NCBI GenBank assembly: GCA_965226465.1
Contig: OZ245362.1
Coordinates: 571,258 to 635,257, forward strand
Origin: Parvibaculaceae bacterium
Lineage (GTDB): Bacteria; Pseudomonadota; Alphaproteobacteria; RS24; CBDDDD01
Direction: 5' to 3'
Length of the DNA: 64,000 nucleotides
Below the pieces are notes generated by a model. The model was not told the origin of the DNA, did not search any database, and saw only the letters and a program-made list of their open reading frames with translations. Positions 1-10,490 of this stretch are shown here, in pieces (the stretch's first letter is position 1; each line of letters begins with the position of its first letter). Position numbers and translations under genes: made by a program.

Positions 1-196
1 CACAATGGATAATATCACTTTGACTATGGAGCTGCTTATGACGCTCCAAGAGAGGCATAATCTCTTTCTCATTACCATAAATACGAAAATGAAGATTGGG
101 ACGCCTTAAGCAAGCAAGAGCAGATCCCTCTATCACCATAGAAGGACCCAAATCACCGCCCATACCATCCAGAGCAATAATGCGTTTTTTTATCAC
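1..196 (-). CDS. plsX: Phosphate acyltransferase PlsX, N-terminal fragment (gene continues past the window start)
   Basis: Not in the ORF track because it is open at the window edge. Minus-strand translation from GTG at 196 reads VIKKRIIALDGMGGDLGPSMVIEGSALAC, which carries the PlsX N-terminal MGGD motif. The start codon choice is uncertain. Confidence 0.7.
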   Translation of the reverse strand, partial: MIKKRIIALDGMGGDLGPSMVIEGSALACLRRPNLHFRIYGNEKEIMPLLERHKQLHSQSDIIHC

Positions 197-200
197 CCCT

Positions 201-749
201 TTACTCCTCTTCCCGCAAGTTAAATAATTCCTCACAAAATAGCCTATGCAGAGGGCAGGATACAAGCAAGCGGTCTTTTGTGAACATGTATTGAGCTATC
301 TTTACCATGTTTTTAGAGGGCTTTTCGGGCTTTATTTGATAGAAATGCTCTTCCAATAAAATTGCAAGCTTTTGGGTATTTTGGCTATCTAATGCCCTAT
401 CATATGCAGCAGAACGATTATAGAAAACCGTTGCCATATTACGAATTTTTTTTCCAACGGAAACATCCCCTACCCCCATTTCCCGCAAAGATTGATCCAT
501 ATCTGCAAAAAACAAATCAAAAATTTGTTGAGATATTTCATATGCCTTTTTAAGGCGCAGATAACGAATAAGCAAAAAGACATGAATAATCACCATGCCA
601 TAACGCCCCTCCGGACTATCAGGTACCCCATTATTTTCATAAAAGCTCTTCTGGCGTGCAGCAGCGACTAATTGTGCATAAAGAATAGAAACCTGCCCCT
701 GCACATTTTTTTTAGAGGAAAACATAGATTTTAAAAAGGAGAACATCAT
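201..749 (-). CDS. Ubiquinol-cytochrome c chaperone (CBP3-like) family protein
   Basis: From ORF 201..833. I prefer the internal ATG-ATG at 749 (MMFSFLKSMF) because the longer form overlaps bamE. The body (LYAQLVAAARQKSFYE, PDSPEGRYGMVIIHVFLLIRYL, FFADMDQSLREMGVGD) is typical of the family. Confidence 0.65.
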   Translation of the reverse strand: MMFSFLKSMFSSKKNVQGQVSILYAQLVAAARQKSFYENNGVPDSPEGRYGMVIIHVFLLIRYLRLKKAYEISQQIFDLFFADMDQSLREMGVGDVSVGKKIRNMATVFYNRSAAYDRALDSQNTQKLAILLEEHFYQIKPEKPSKNMVKIAQYMFTKDRLLVSCPLHRLFCEELFNLREEE

Positions 750-803
750 GCCTCTCAATAATAAAAAAAACTTGCTATTCACTTGGTCAATGAATAGTAA
801 GTA

Positions 804-1292
804 GTGATGAACTATAGCAGTAAAAACAAACAAATTCTATTGGCTTGTATTGCCAGCCTCTTTCTTGTGGCTCTTACAGCCTGTGGCAAGCCTATTTTGG
901 ACCAGAGAGGCTATTTATTTGAGAAAGAGAAGCTGGCTCGTATTAGCAATGGTATGCCTCAAAGCCAATTCTCAACCATTATGGGAACACCATCTATGAT
1001 CTCTACAGATAACAAGATTTGGTATTATGTTTCCATAAGCTATGTAACAGAGGAATATCGCGCCCCTAAGGAAACGAAAAGAAAGATTATGGCATTTGTT
1101 TTTGATGATGCAAATACACTTATTCAGCAAGTTGAATATGGCAAAGAGGATGCACAGAAAATTGCCCTTGCTCAACAGGTAACACCAACAAGAGGCAAAG
1201 AGCTTGGTGTATGGGAACAATTGCTTGGTAATTTAGGGCGCTTTAACAATCAAAGCACTTCGGGTCTTGGAAATGATAATATTGAACGCTAG
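804..1292 (+). CDS. bamE: Outer-membrane assembly lipoprotein BamE (SmpA/OmlA family)
   Basis: Signal peptide with lipobox LVALTAC-G. The core RGYLFEKEKLARISNGMPQSQFSTIMGTP and WYYV are typical of BamE. Confidence 0.7.
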   Translation: MMNYSSKNKQILLACIASLFLVALTACGKPILDQRGYLFEKEKLARISNGMPQSQFSTIMGTPSMISTDNKIWYYVSISYVTEEYRAPKETKRKIMAFVFDDANTLIQQVEYGKEDAQKIALAQQVTPTRGKELGVWEQLLGNLGRFNNQSTSGLGNDNIER

Positions 1293-1293
1293 G

Positions 1294-3639
1294 CTACCAG
1301 GCTTTTTCAAATATTAACCCAAAAAACGGGGTTGCTTCATCATAGACATCCAATATATCAATGAAGAAAATGAAGTCAGCAAAGAATAAAGTCCGACGAT
1401 AATCGGCACGGATATTTAATACATCATTATCCTCCTCAAATTTTCCATTTTTTTGTATTACCTTTTCACCGATTACAAATTTCTCTGAATCTTCAACCTG
1501 CTCAACCACATCCTCCGGTCTTCCAGTTTGATATTTCCACCTTGCCCCCAGTTTCCAGCGGTCATTAACCTCCCATGAAGTACCGATACCAAAGGCATGC
1601 TCTCTACTAAAGTCAGCACGATAATCGCCTTTTCCATCATTATCATTAAGCATAGCATCATTAAAGGAATAGGTAATATCAACCAACCAGCCATCAGTAA
1701 ATTTACGGGAGAATACAACATCAACCCCCTGAGATGTTCCCTCTCCTTGATTACTGGTAGCAAAAGTTTCTTCATCTGGATCTATCACTAAACTATCTAA
1801 TTGCTGATGATAGGCTTCTAAAATCATGCTCCAATCGCGGTTAATTCTATAAGTAAAGCCGGCACTAAAATGGTTGGTTTTTTCATTTTTCAGCTTGTGA
1901 TTTGCTTCATCCGAAGCCCTGACTAAGAAGCTTGGAGATTGATAAAATGTGCCTGCAGTAAAAGAAAAGCGCAGTCCCGACCGATAATGCCAATTGGCAG
2001 CAAAGCGGGGGGAAATTAGGGTTTCATCAGAAAAGCCATCATATGCATAACGAAGCCCTGCCCGAAAGTCCCAATCGTTTTTATTAAAAATTTGCTCAAC
2101 ATAGGCAGCATAATGAAGTTCACTTGTTTTCAGGCTTGCATCATAATTGTCATCGGTAATGGAAATATGATCTTTATCACTACCATCATCTGTGAAAAAG
2201 TGGTCCTCAACGCTGTCTTCATGCAAGGTATGAACGATATCTATAGAAATATCATTTGCCTGTAATCCAGCAGAAAGAGTTCCCCATTTATTATTGTGAG
2301 TAAAATCAAGACGAATACCTGTTTCGCTTTCTTTTTCTACAATTTCAAATTCAGGATTAATAATTTTGTCTTCTGGAACATCCGAAGCAGTAAGGGGATC
2401 TGACTCGTCGGGTACTCCTTCTGGATAAATTTCTCCCTGCTGACTATCTTTGTCACTTTTTCTATAATAAAATGCGGTTGTTAATTCTCCATTTTCTCCA
2501 ACAAGTTTTTTCCATGTTGCCCCCAGCAAAGAGCTATCCTGTGTAAAATCAAACAAAGCGCTATCTTCAAAATAAGGTCCCGCACGGTGGCTATTTAGAA
2601 CATGTTGAACATCACGTTTATAGTTTTCCTCCGTTTGGATATAAAGCAATTCAAATGTATTTTGGCTGTTAATGACGGTATGGCTTTTGAAAATAATATC
2701 ACCAAGGGCTACTTCCCCTACATCATCTGAAAACTCTTCTAACAAATCAGTAAAGTCTAACTCGCGAATAGACAAAAGGAGCGTTGTATCCTTACCAATA
2801 CGACTTGGACCATCATAGGTCATCTCCCAGCCGGTAACATCATATCGCAGAGTTAAGGAAGGGGTTGGGTTTCCTTGTACAAGGTCTAATTTAAGAAGGG
2901 AGGCTCCCTTACCACCATAGGCAGCAGACCAGCCACCAGGAGAAAACTCAACGCCATCAACAATATTAGGGGCAAAAATAGAAAAACGACCACCTCCCTC
3001 AAATCCCGCATTTTCTGAATCTTCCCCAAGCGATGCATTAAAATGGACAACTTTGTCAAAAGGCAAACCATCAACAAAGAATAAATTGTCATCCTGCCCC
3101 CTACCTCTAACACTAAAGCTTGCAAACTCATCATCAGAAACCAGCCCCGGCATACCGTCCAAAGCGCGCAACACATCACTACCACTCCCCGTAGCACTAC
3201 GCAGCGCTTCACGGTCACGATATACAGCTCCTACTGAGCCAAAACCATCTGCTTTAACCTGTTCGGCAGTAACCACAATCTCCTCAATTTCCTCATCTGT
3301 AAACAGCATAACCAGGCTTATTGGCGTTGTTTTATTCGCTACAATACGAAGGCTAGGCTTTTCAACTCTGGCAAATCCCTGATGGAAAGCCGCAAGACTA
3401 TAAAGTCCAGGTGACAACCCTTCAACGAAAGCCACCCCGGAACCATCACTCTTTACTTCATATTTTTTGCCATCTCTTGCCTCTATAATAATAACGGCAT
3501 TGCTAAGAGGACGGCGTGTGTCACTACGAGTAATATTAACTTGCAACTCACCTGTATTTTCGTTTTGTGCATAAGCAGGAAGAAGAAACGCACTAAATAA
3601 TATCAGCAATAATGCTCTACTATATATTTTGGAAGCCAT
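1294..3639 (-). CDS. TonB-dependent outer-membrane receptor with an N-terminal carboxypeptidase-regulatory-like domain
   Basis: 781 aa with signal peptide (LLPAYA-QN). It has a CarboxypepD_reg-like beta-sandwich (VIIIEARDGKKYEVKSDGSGVAFVEGLSPGLYSL) and a plug region (DVLRALDGMPGLV, SVRGRGQDDNLFFVDGLP). The long C-terminal part alternates in beta-barrel fashion and ends in an aromatic residue. Confidence 0.8.
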   Translation of the reverse strand: MASKIYSRALLLILFSAFLLPAYAQNENTGELQVNITRSDTRRPLSNAVIIIEARDGKKYEVKSDGSGVAFVEGLSPGLYSLAAFHQGFARVEKPSLRIVANKTTPISLVMLFTDEEIEEIVVTAEQVKADGFGSVGAVYRDREALRSATGSGSDVLRALDGMPGLVSDDEFASFSVRGRGQDDNLFFVDGLPFDKVVHFNASLGEDSENAGFEGGGRFSIFAPNIVDGVEFSPGGWSAAYGGKGASLLKLDLVQGNPTPSLTLRYDVTGWEMTYDGPSRIGKDTTLLLSIRELDFTDLLEEFSDDVGEVALGDIIFKSHTVINSQNTFELLYIQTEENYKRDVQHVLNSHRAGPYFEDSALFDFTQDSSLLGATWKKLVGENGELTTAFYYRKSDKDSQQGEIYPEGVPDESDPLTASDVPEDKIINPEFEIVEKESETGIRLDFTHNNKWGTLSAGLQANDISIDIVHTLHEDSVEDHFFTDDGSDKDHISITDDNYDASLKTSELHYAAYVEQIFNKNDWDFRAGLRYAYDGFSDETLISPRFAANWHYRSGLRFSFTAGTFYQSPSFLVRASDEANHKLKNEKTNHFSAGFTYRINRDWSMILEAYHQQLDSLVIDPDEETFATSNQGEGTSQGVDVVFSRKFTDGWLVDITYSFNDAMLNDNDGKGDYRADFSREHAFGIGTSWEVNDRWKLGARWKYQTGRPEDVVEQVEDSEKFVIGEKVIQKNGKFEEDNDVLNIRADYRRTLFFADFIFFIDILDVYDEATPFFGLIFEKAW

Positions 3640-3729
3640 AGCAATACTCTATCAAAAACTTCAAAGTTACACCAAGAAATAAAGCTTTTCTTTTAAGTTG
3701 TAAATAGTGAAGATTTCCTTACCGTATTA

Positions 3730-5784
3730 TCAATACGAAAGAAAAGCCAGCAATAAGAGAGCTACAATATTTGCAATTTTAATCATGGGGTTGATAGCAG
3801 GACCAGCAGTATCCTTATAGGGGTCACCAACCGTATCACCTGTAATGGCAGCTTTATGAGCTTCTGAACCCTTACCTCCACAATTACCATCTTCAATATA
3901 TTTCTTGGCATTATCCCATGCCCCGCCCCCTGCTGTCATAGAGATTGCAACAAAAAGCCCTGTGATAATAATCCCAAGTAGCATAGCTCCCAATGCAGAA
4001 AAGGCAGAAGATTGATCGGCTATAGCCCAAACAATAAAAAACCATATAATGGGAGACAATACAGGCAGGAGAGAAGGAATAATCATCTCCTTAATCGCCG
4101 CTTTCGTCAATATATCTACAGCACGCCCATAATCAGGTTTTTCCTTACCCTGCATAATGCCTGGCTTTTCCTTGAACTGACGGCGTACTTCCTCAACGAT
4201 TGAGCCAGCCGCCCTGCCGACAGCCATCATGCCCATAGAGGCAAACAGATAAGGTAGCATGCCGCCGACAAATAATCCTGCTAGAATATAGGGATTATCA
4301 AGAGAAAAACTAACATTCATACCAAAATGCCGTAACTCTTCCGTATAAGCAGCAAATAAGACTAATGCACCAAGACCGGCGGAGCCAATTGCATAACCCT
4401 TTGTAACTGCCTTAGTCGTATTGCCTACCGCATCCAGAGCGTCTGTGCGTTTTCTTACCTTTTTGTCAAGCTTTGCCATTTCTGCAATACCGCCAGCATT
4501 ATCCGTAACCGGACCAAAAGCATCTAGAGCAACAATCATACCCGCAAGGGCAAGCATGGTCGTTACACTAATAGCAATACCAAACAGACCTGCCAGCTTA
4601 TAGGTAGCAATAATCCCGATTATGATAACAATTGCAGGAAGTGCTGTTGCTTCAAGGGATACAGCAAGTCCCTGGATAACATTTGTGCCATGCCCTGTAT
4701 TGGACGCCTTAGCAATAGAGCGCACGGGGCGGAAAGACACACTGGTATAATATTCAGTAATCCAAACAATAAGCCCCGTAACGACAAGCCCCACCACGCC
4801 ACATAGATATAGATTCATGCCGATATCCATACCAAGAAGGAAATAAGTAACAAGATATAGCCCAATCAAGGAAAGAACCGCCGATGCAATAAGCCCCTTA
4901 TATAATGCACCCATAATATTTTCGCTTTTACCAAGCCGCACAAAAAAGGTGCCAATGATAGAGGTCACAAGACATACGGCACCAATTGCAAGAGGGTAAA
5001 TCATGAGCTCAGCACTTAGTGAAGAATCATAAAAGAAAATTGCAGCTAACACCATGCTGACCACTACGCTAACCACATAGGTTTCAAACAAATCTGCTGC
5101 CATTCCGGCACAATCACCAACATTATCACCAACATTATCTGCTATTGTCGCAGGATTGCGTGGGTCATCTTCAGGGATACCTGCCTCAATTTTACCGACC
5201 AAATCACCACCGACATCAGCGCCTTTGGTAAAAATACCACCACCAAGACGAGCAAAAATAGAAATAAGGGAGGCACCAAAACCAAGCGCAACAAGAGGAT
5301 TAATTACCTCACGAGAATTGCTTTCCAGACCAAGCCAACCGGTCAATATGGCATAATAGGATGCCACTCCAAGTAAAGCGAGCCCTGCTACCAAAAGACC
5401 GGTAACCGCACCAGCGCGAAAGGCAATAGAAAGCCCTGCAGCCAGACTTTTGCTGGCAGCCTGGGTAGTCCTGACATTTGCCCGCACAGAAACCAACATA
5501 CCAATATACCCTGCTGCCCCACTTAAGACAGCACCTATCACAAAACCAATCGCAACTTTAATCCCAAGCAATATAGCCATAAGAATGGCAATCACGGCTC
5601 CGACTATAGCTATGGTAGTATACTGACGATGGAGATATGCTTCTGCACCCTCCTGAATAGCACCGGCAATATCTTTCATTGCCTTATTACCGCTATCAGC
5701 ACGTAGAATGATACGGCTTGCCCATACACCATAGGCAATAGATAAAAGCCCTGCTAATAAAATGAGTGTCATTGTGATTGCCAT
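3730..5784 (-). CDS. hppA: Membrane-bound H+-translocating pyrophosphatase, K+-independent type
   Basis: Polytopic protein with the motifs [37 protein letters not shown] and [14 protein letters not shown]. The [10 protein letters not shown] motif has Lys at the position that marks K+-independent enzymes. The track start at 5805 is TTG. The ATG at 5784 (MAITMT) follows an AGGA-like RBS and is preferred. Confidence 0.93.
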   Translation of the reverse strand: MAITMTLILLAGLLSIAYGVWASRIILRADSGNKAMKDIAGAIQEGAEAYLHRQYTTIAIVGAVIAILMAILLGIKVAIGFVIGAVLSGAAGYIGMLVSVRANVRTTQAASKSLAAGLSIAFRAGAVTGLLVAGLALLGVASYYAILTGWLGLESNSREVINPLVALGFGASLISIFARLGGGIFTKGADVGGDLVGKIEAGIPEDDPRNPATIADNVGDNVGDCAGMAADLFETYVVSVVVSMVLAAIFFYDSSLSAELMIYPLAIGAVCLVTSIIGTFFVRLGKSENIMGALYKGLIASAVLSLIGLYLVTYFLLGMDIGMNLYLCGVVGLVVTGLIVWITEYYTSVSFRPVRSIAKASNTGHGTNVIQGLAVSLEATALPAIVIIIGIIATYKLAGLFGIAISVTTMLALAGMIVALDAFGPVTDNAGGIAEMAKLDKKVRKRTDALDAVGNTTKAVTKGYAIGSAGLGALVLFAAYTEELRHFGMNVSFSLDNPYILAGLFVGGMLPYLFASMGMMAVGRAAGSIVEEVRRQFKEKPGIMQGKEKPDYGRAVDILTKAAIKEMIIPSLLPVLSPIIWFFIVWAIADQSSAFSALGAMLLGIIITGLFVAISMTAGGGAWDNAKKYIEDGNCGGKGSEAHKAAITGDTVGDPYKDTAGPAINPMIKIANIVALLLLAFLSY

Positions 5785-5852
5785 TGTTTTTTCCTTTTTT
5801 ATCAAAATGATTTAAGGCGCAACATGCCAAAATCACTGGCATTTATCAATGC

Positions 5853-6818
5853 CTAAAGTGATAAAATATGTTGATAACCAAGTCCAGCCGCCCCACCATT
5901 TGCCAACTTATACACTTTACCCCCTATAGAGAGGCTTGGTGCTTTTGTTGCTTTGGTAACCTGCCCGATTTCATGAATATCCGTTTCATGCATTTTAGCA
6001 AGGCGGAATGCTTCCTCTTTCCGGTGAGGGTCAATGGTAAAAGCAATCTCATAATCATCTCCCGCTCTTAGTAAAGCATCTACCCCTCTACCCTTCTCTA
6101 TATACTTTTTTGCAAAAGAAGAGATAGGGATAGCATCTTTTCTTAATTTTATTTCTACATTAGAAGAAAGAGCGATTTTCCCGATATCTGCCAGTAATCC
6201 ATCAGATATATCTATCGCACTATGGGCAAGGTCTATAAGGGCTTCTCCTAACCCATTTCTTGGTGTTGGCTGCAGAAAACGCTGTTTTAAGAAAGCATTT
6301 TGGTCTTTTATTTTTCCTTCTATCATTAGCCGCCCAATATATGCATCGCCAATAGTACCGGAAACAAAGACGCTATCGCCCTCTTTTGCTGTACTTCTTT
6401 TTATCATTTTGCCATGTGGCACCGTACCAAACACAGTCAGTGAAAACATTGGAATATCGCCTGATACGCTATCACCGCCCCATAATTCCCAGCCCAATTG
6501 CTGCTGATATGCTTCTAAAACTTTTACAAAAGCCTGAGCCTCCTTATCCGGCATATTTGCTATAAAGGTTAGAAAATAGCCTTTGGGTCTTGCTCCTTTT
6601 GCAGCAAGATCGGATAAATTAGAGGCAATAAGCCGCCTTGCAATATCTTTACCCCCAAGCCCCTTTGGATAATGTACCCCCTCCAATAAGGCATCTGTGC
6701 TGACTATCCATTCTTCATTCTCTAATTTTGGCAATATTGCTGCATCATCACAAAGCCCAAGGGCAGGCTTACCCGACAAAGGGGCAAGCAGTTTTTCAAT
6801 CCATGCGGACTCTTTCAT
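5853..6818 (-). CDS. thiL: Thiamine-monophosphate kinase
   Basis: AIR-synthase-like fold with motifs DDAAIL, STDALLEGVHY, SNLSDLAAKGA and AIDISDGLLADI. The start overlaps the nusB stop (ATGA). Confidence 0.88.
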   Translation of the reverse strand: MKESAWIEKLLAPLSGKPALGLCDDAAILPKLENEEWIVSTDALLEGVHYPKGLGGKDIARRLIASNLSDLAAKGARPKGYFLTFIANMPDKEAQAFVKVLEAYQQQLGWELWGGDSVSGDIPMFSLTVFGTVPHGKMIKRSTAKEGDSVFVSGTIGDAYIGRLMIEGKIKDQNAFLKQRFLQPTPRNGLGEALIDLAHSAIDISDGLLADIGKIALSSNVEIKLRKDAIPISSFAKKYIEKGRGVDALLRAGDDYEIAFTIDPHRKEEAFRLAKMHETDIHEIGQVTKATKAPSLSIGGKVYKLANGGAAGLGYQHILSL

Positions 6819-7249
6819 TCAGCAATTCCCTCTAATACGGCATTGGTAAGACCAATTTGAGGTCCATCAAAAAAGGCATTTGCCATATCCGTATATTCGC
6901 AAATAACAACTTTCGCAGGAACTTCCTCACAAAATAAAACCTCCCAACATCCTGCACGCAAAATGGCACGCAAAATAGTGTCTAATTGCGGAAGTTTCTT
7001 CTTCTCGGAAAGCTGCATATTAATACGCTTATCAATCTGTTTTTGATTTTCAATAATGCCTCTTAATATCAGCCTAAAATATTCTATATCTGGGTCAGTT
7101 AATGGCATATCTTCTAACACCTCATCCAGGCGATGATGGGTGAACTCTTCAATAATATCTTCTAAGGGAGCCTTTGTCATTTCCATCTGGTAAAGGGCAC
7201 TTACCGCCCAAAGGCGTGCTGCTGAGCGTGCTTGGAAATTATTACTCAT
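6815..7249 (-). CDS. nusB: Transcription antitermination factor NusB
   Basis: 144 aa. ARSAARLWAVSALYQMEM and LDTILRAILRAGCWEV are characteristic, and it sits in the conserved ribH-nusB-thiL position. Confidence 0.88.
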   Translation of the reverse strand: MSNNFQARSAARLWAVSALYQMEMTKAPLEDIIEEFTHHRLDEVLEDMPLTDPDIEYFRLILRGIIENQKQIDKRINMQLSEKKKLPQLDTILRAILRAGCWEVLFCEEVPAKVVICEYTDMANAFFDGPQIGLTNAVLEGIAE

Positions 7250-7665
7250 TTGCTCGGCTCTATCTGCTCTCTTGCTTTTAATAGCTGAGAAAGAGCATGG
7301 ACCGCATGAACTGCCTTACTATCTATCCGCTCTAAAGCCTGCTCTTTATTTTCTACAGTCTGTATAGCATTAATAATGGCTAGCTCATTATGGATAGATA
7401 AATCCATAAGCCCCCGTGCAGATTGCTTACAAACAATATCATAATGAATAGTATCGCCCCTTATAATGATACCTAATGCCAGATACCCATCATATCTTCC
7501 CCCTTTAGCAGCATAAGCAATTGCACCTGGAACCTCCAAAGCACCCGCCAGGCATATATATTCCCATTGCAGCTTTGCTTTTTCCAATTCTGTTTTTATG
7601 TTTTTATAAAATCGTTCCCCAAGATCTTCATAAAAACGTGCTTCTACCACTAATATTTTTGCCAT
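7246..7665 (-). CDS. ribH: 6,7-dimethyl-8-ribityllumazine synthase
   Basis: 139 aa. ILVVEARFYEDL, GALEVPGAI and GIIIRGDTIHYDIV match lumazine synthase. Confidence 0.88.
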   Translation of the reverse strand: MAKILVVEARFYEDLGERFYKNIKTELEKAKLQWEYICLAGALEVPGAIAYAAKGGRYDGYLALGIIIRGDTIHYDIVCKQSARGLMDLSIHNELAIINAIQTVENKEQALERIDSKAVHAVHALSQLLKAREQIEPSK

Positions 7666-7666
7666 C

Positions 7667-8779
7667 TTATTCTACTTCTATTGTGCGTTGTTCAACAATC
7701 TCCAGCCCATAGCCTTCCAGTGCTACTATATGCCGCTTTGTATTGGAGAGAAGAATAATCTTCTCAAGACCAAGTTGCACGGCAATTTGTGCGCCAACAC
7801 CATATTCCAAAAGGGGCAGCATATTTCCTTTTGCAGAAGTTTTTTTGACCTCCATATTTTTAGGCAATATTTGTTTAGCATTTTTACTAATGAGCACCAC
7901 CACGCCACTATTTTTTTTATCAATCATTTTCATAGATTGATGAAGCGCACTTCTATGTGTTTTATCCTCCGAAAGGGCAACACCAAGGGCATCTTCCAAT
8001 AAGTTCAATGCATGCATACGCACCAGAACGGGTTCATTTGCACTAAGCTTACCCTTTACCAATGCTATATGCTCATATCCATCTATATGGTTACGAAATA
8101 TATGCATTTTCCACTTGCCGCCATATAAGCTTTCTACAGCCCTTTCTTCAACAGGCTCAATAAGGCTGTCATGGCGTAAGCGATAGGCAATTAAATCAGC
8201 AATAGTGGTAACTTTTAAACTATGTTTCTTGGCAAATTTCAGTAAATCATCCATGCGTGCCATTGTGCCGTCTTCATTCATAATCTCGCATATTACTCCT
8301 GCCGGCAAGAGACCTGCCAGCCGTGATATATCTACCGCTGCCTCGGTATGACCTGCACGAACAAGAACCCCACCCTCTCTTGCTACCAGAGGAAACACAT
8401 GTCCCGGCGAAGCAATCTCACGGGCAGTTTTTTCAGGGTCAATCGCAACAGCTATTGTATGTGCACGGTCATGAGCTGATATGCCTGTGCTAATGCCCTC
8501 CCTTGCTTCAATAGAAACCGTAAAGGCAGTCTGATGGCGTGACTGATTGCTTGCTGCCATAAGTGGTAATTTTAGATATTCTGCCCTTTTCTTTTCCAAT
8601 GCCAGGCAAATAAGCCCCCTTCCATGCTTTGCCATAAAGTTTACTATATCAGGCGTAGCCATTTGAGCAGGGATTACCAAATCTCCCTCATTTTCTCGTT
8701 GCTCGGCATCAACAAGGATAAACATTTTACCATTGCGAGCATCTTCTATTACTTCTTCTACGGAACAAAGTTTGGTCAT
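7667..8779 (-). CDS. ribBX: 3,4-dihydroxy-2-butanone-4-phosphate synthase fused to a degenerate GTP-cyclohydrolase-II-like domain (RibBX type)
   Basis: The N-terminal RibB domain looks intact (DAEQRENEGDLVIPAQ, GHTEAAVDISRLAG). The C-terminal domain aligns to RibA, but the zinc-binding Cys cluster region reads VRMHALNLLEDALGVALSED and contains no Cys. Confidence 0.85.
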   Translation of the reverse strand: MTKLCSVEEVIEDARNGKMFILVDAEQRENEGDLVIPAQMATPDIVNFMAKHGRGLICLALEKKRAEYLKLPLMAASNQSRHQTAFTVSIEAREGISTGISAHDRAHTIAVAIDPEKTAREIASPGHVFPLVAREGGVLVRAGHTEAAVDISRLAGLLPAGVICEIMNEDGTMARMDDLLKFAKKHSLKVTTIADLIAYRLRHDSLIEPVEERAVESLYGGKWKMHIFRNHIDGYEHIALVKGKLSANEPVLVRMHALNLLEDALGVALSEDKTHRSALHQSMKMIDKKNSGVVVLISKNAKQILPKNMEVKKTSAKGNMLPLLEYGVGAQIAVQLGLEKIILLSNTKRHIVALEGYGLEIVEQRTIEVE

Positions 8780-9378
8780 TTTTTTTCTTCCAAAATACGT
8801 GCTATTGTTCGGGCAAATATATCAATCTCAAGATTTACCTTATCGCCCTCCTTGGCTTCTGCCCATAATGTTGTTTCCAGCGTGTGGGGGATAAGGGTAA
8901 TGGTAAAGTTTTTCTTCTCTATCTCATTAACAGTAAGCGATGTTCCATTTAGGGTAATAGAGCCCTTAGAGGAAATAAGAGAAATATGTTTTTCTGGTGC
9001 TGAGAAATGCATAATTTTTGAACTTTCCTGCTTTTCTATTTTTGTAATTTCTGCCAAACCATCTATATGACCGCCAACCATATGACCTCCTATTTCATCT
9101 CCCATTTTTAACGCACGCTCTAAATGCAGGCGGCTTTTTTCTTTCCATTCCCCTGCATTGGTTACCGCAAGAGTAGATGCGGTAACATTCACAGAAAACC
9201 AGCTTTGCTGTGCTGCTTCGCCTTTATCAATAACGCTTAGACAAATACCGTGACAAGCAATGCTTGCGCCCATTTTTATTTGTCCATGTGGATAATTACA
9301 GGCAATCTTGAAAGTTTTTTCTTCCTTGCCGGCAATTTCAAGAACTTCTCCAATATCATCCACAATACCGCTAAACAT
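8776..9378 (-). CDS. ribE: Riboflavin synthase (alpha chain)
   Basis: The protein starts MFSGIV(D)DIG and shows the internal duplication typical of the enzyme (GASIACHGICLSV and SITLNGTSLTV). Confidence 0.88.
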   Translation of the reverse strand: MFSGIVDDIGEVLEIAGKEEKTFKIACNYPHGQIKMGASIACHGICLSVIDKGEAAQQSWFSVNVTASTLAVTNAGEWKEKSRLHLERALKMGDEIGGHMVGGHIDGLAEITKIEKQESSKIMHFSAPEKHISLISSKGSITLNGTSLTVNEIEKKNFTITLIPHTLETTLWAEAKEGDKVNLEIDIFARTIARILEEKK

Positions 9379-9384
9379 GTTCTT

Positions 9385-10473
9385 TTATCCTTTTTTAAAT
9401 CCCAGCCAGTTATCTTGCCCTAATTGGTGCTTATACAAAAGCTGAAATCCATATTTTTCTTCTAATTGCTTTTGAGAAAAGCCTGGAAAGGGAGCATGTC
9501 CCTCTCCTATTTCCTGATTAGATTGAAACCAGTTCAAACTATCCACTACTTTACTCTCTAAAAATGAGCGGGCAATCTCTATACCCCCCTCCACCAAAAG
9601 ATTATTGATGCCCCTCTTAGCAAGATGTCTACCTACCAGCTCTATATCTTGCCTCCCTTTATCGCAATCAAGCTCTATACATTCCGCTCCTTCAGCCTCC
9701 AGCCTTGTCCTGGCCTTATCCGTTGCTTGTGAACCATGAAAGATAAGCAGCTTGTCCCTCTGTAGCAATTTGCTACCAAGCGGTAGGCGTAATGTACTAT
9801 CCAATAATACAGGAAGGGGAGAATAGCTCTCGAGCCCTTCAATTCTACAATCTAAGCTCGGATTATCGGAAAGTGCTGTTCCTATACCAATTAAAATTGC
9901 ATCATGTTCCGCACGCATTAGATGAGCAAAGCGGCGGGAAAGCGCATTGCTTATCCATATTTGTTTCTTATCCTTGCCTGCCATAATCCCGCGAGCATCT
10001 GTTGCAAACTTTAGGCAAATTGCAGGTCTGCCCTTTTTTATACGGAGAAAAAAACCATGATGAGCACTTTCTGCTTTCTCAGCCAGCACACCCTCCATAA
10101 TTGTTACACCGGCTTTCTGTAATATTTCTATACCCTTAGCTGATACTCTTGGGTCAGGGTCACGAATAGCACAAACAAGCTTTGCAATACCTGCATCCCT
10201 TAGGGCTTCCGCACAGGACCCTGTTTCTCCCCTATGCGCACAAGGCTCCAAAGTAACATAAGCAGTCGCTCCTTTGGCTTGCCTGCCTGCCTGCAATAGG
10301 GCTTCCGTTTCTGCATGAGGTCTGCCTCCGGCTTTTGTCCAGCCCCGCCCAATAATTTTCCCTTTTCCGTTTGTTAATACACAACCTACAGAAGGGTTAG
10401 GAGAGCATGCTCCCATCATACGCTTTGCTAAACGCAGAGCGATATCCATATATTCTTCTGGCTTTTCTGCCAT
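9385..10473 (-). CDS. ribD: Bifunctional diaminohydroxyphosphoribosylaminopyrimidine deaminase / 5-amino-6-(5-phosphoribosylamino)uracil reductase
   Basis: It has the deaminase zinc motifs HAETEAL and TLEPCAH, followed by a reductase domain (LLVEGG). Confidence 0.9.
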   Translation of the reverse strand: MAEKPEEYMDIALRLAKRMMGACSPNPSVGCVLTNGKGKIIGRGWTKAGGRPHAETEALLQAGRQAKGATAYVTLEPCAHRGETGSCAEALRDAGIAKLVCAIRDPDPRVSAKGIEILQKAGVTIMEGVLAEKAESAHHGFFLRIKKGRPAICLKFATDARGIMAGKDKKQIWISNALSRRFAHLMRAEHDAILIGIGTALSDNPSLDCRIEGLESYSPLPVLLDSTLRLPLGSKLLQRDKLLIFHGSQATDKARTRLEAEGAECIELDCDKGRQDIELVGRHLAKRGINNLLVEGGIEIARSFLESKVVDSLNWFQSNQEIGEGHAPFPGFSQKQLEEKYGFQLLYKHQLGQDNWLGFKKG

Positions 10474-10490
10474 ATCCAGTTTTCCAAAAA

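Noticed and set aside
201-833. The ORF track gives 5'-extended versions of several genes. These are 201..833, 3730..5805 (TTG), 10491..11000, 17437.., 18519.., 23342..25612 (TTG) and 35294..36223. Also affected are 39726.., 44231..45193, 47334.., 55018.., 61425.., 61615..62043, 62035.. and 62321...
   Set aside because: In each case an internal ATG gives the family-typical N-terminus. It also removes an overlap with the neighbouring gene or places an RBS-like purine run upstream, and for zur it leaves the operator outside the ORF. I used the shorter coordinates but marked the starts as uncertain.
3640-3729. I looked for a riboswitch (cobalamin) or a Fur/Zur operator upstream of the TonB-dependent receptor.
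   Set aside because: The 90-nt spacer is too short for a cobalamin riboswitch. By eye it contains no convincing Fur- or Zur-type palindrome.
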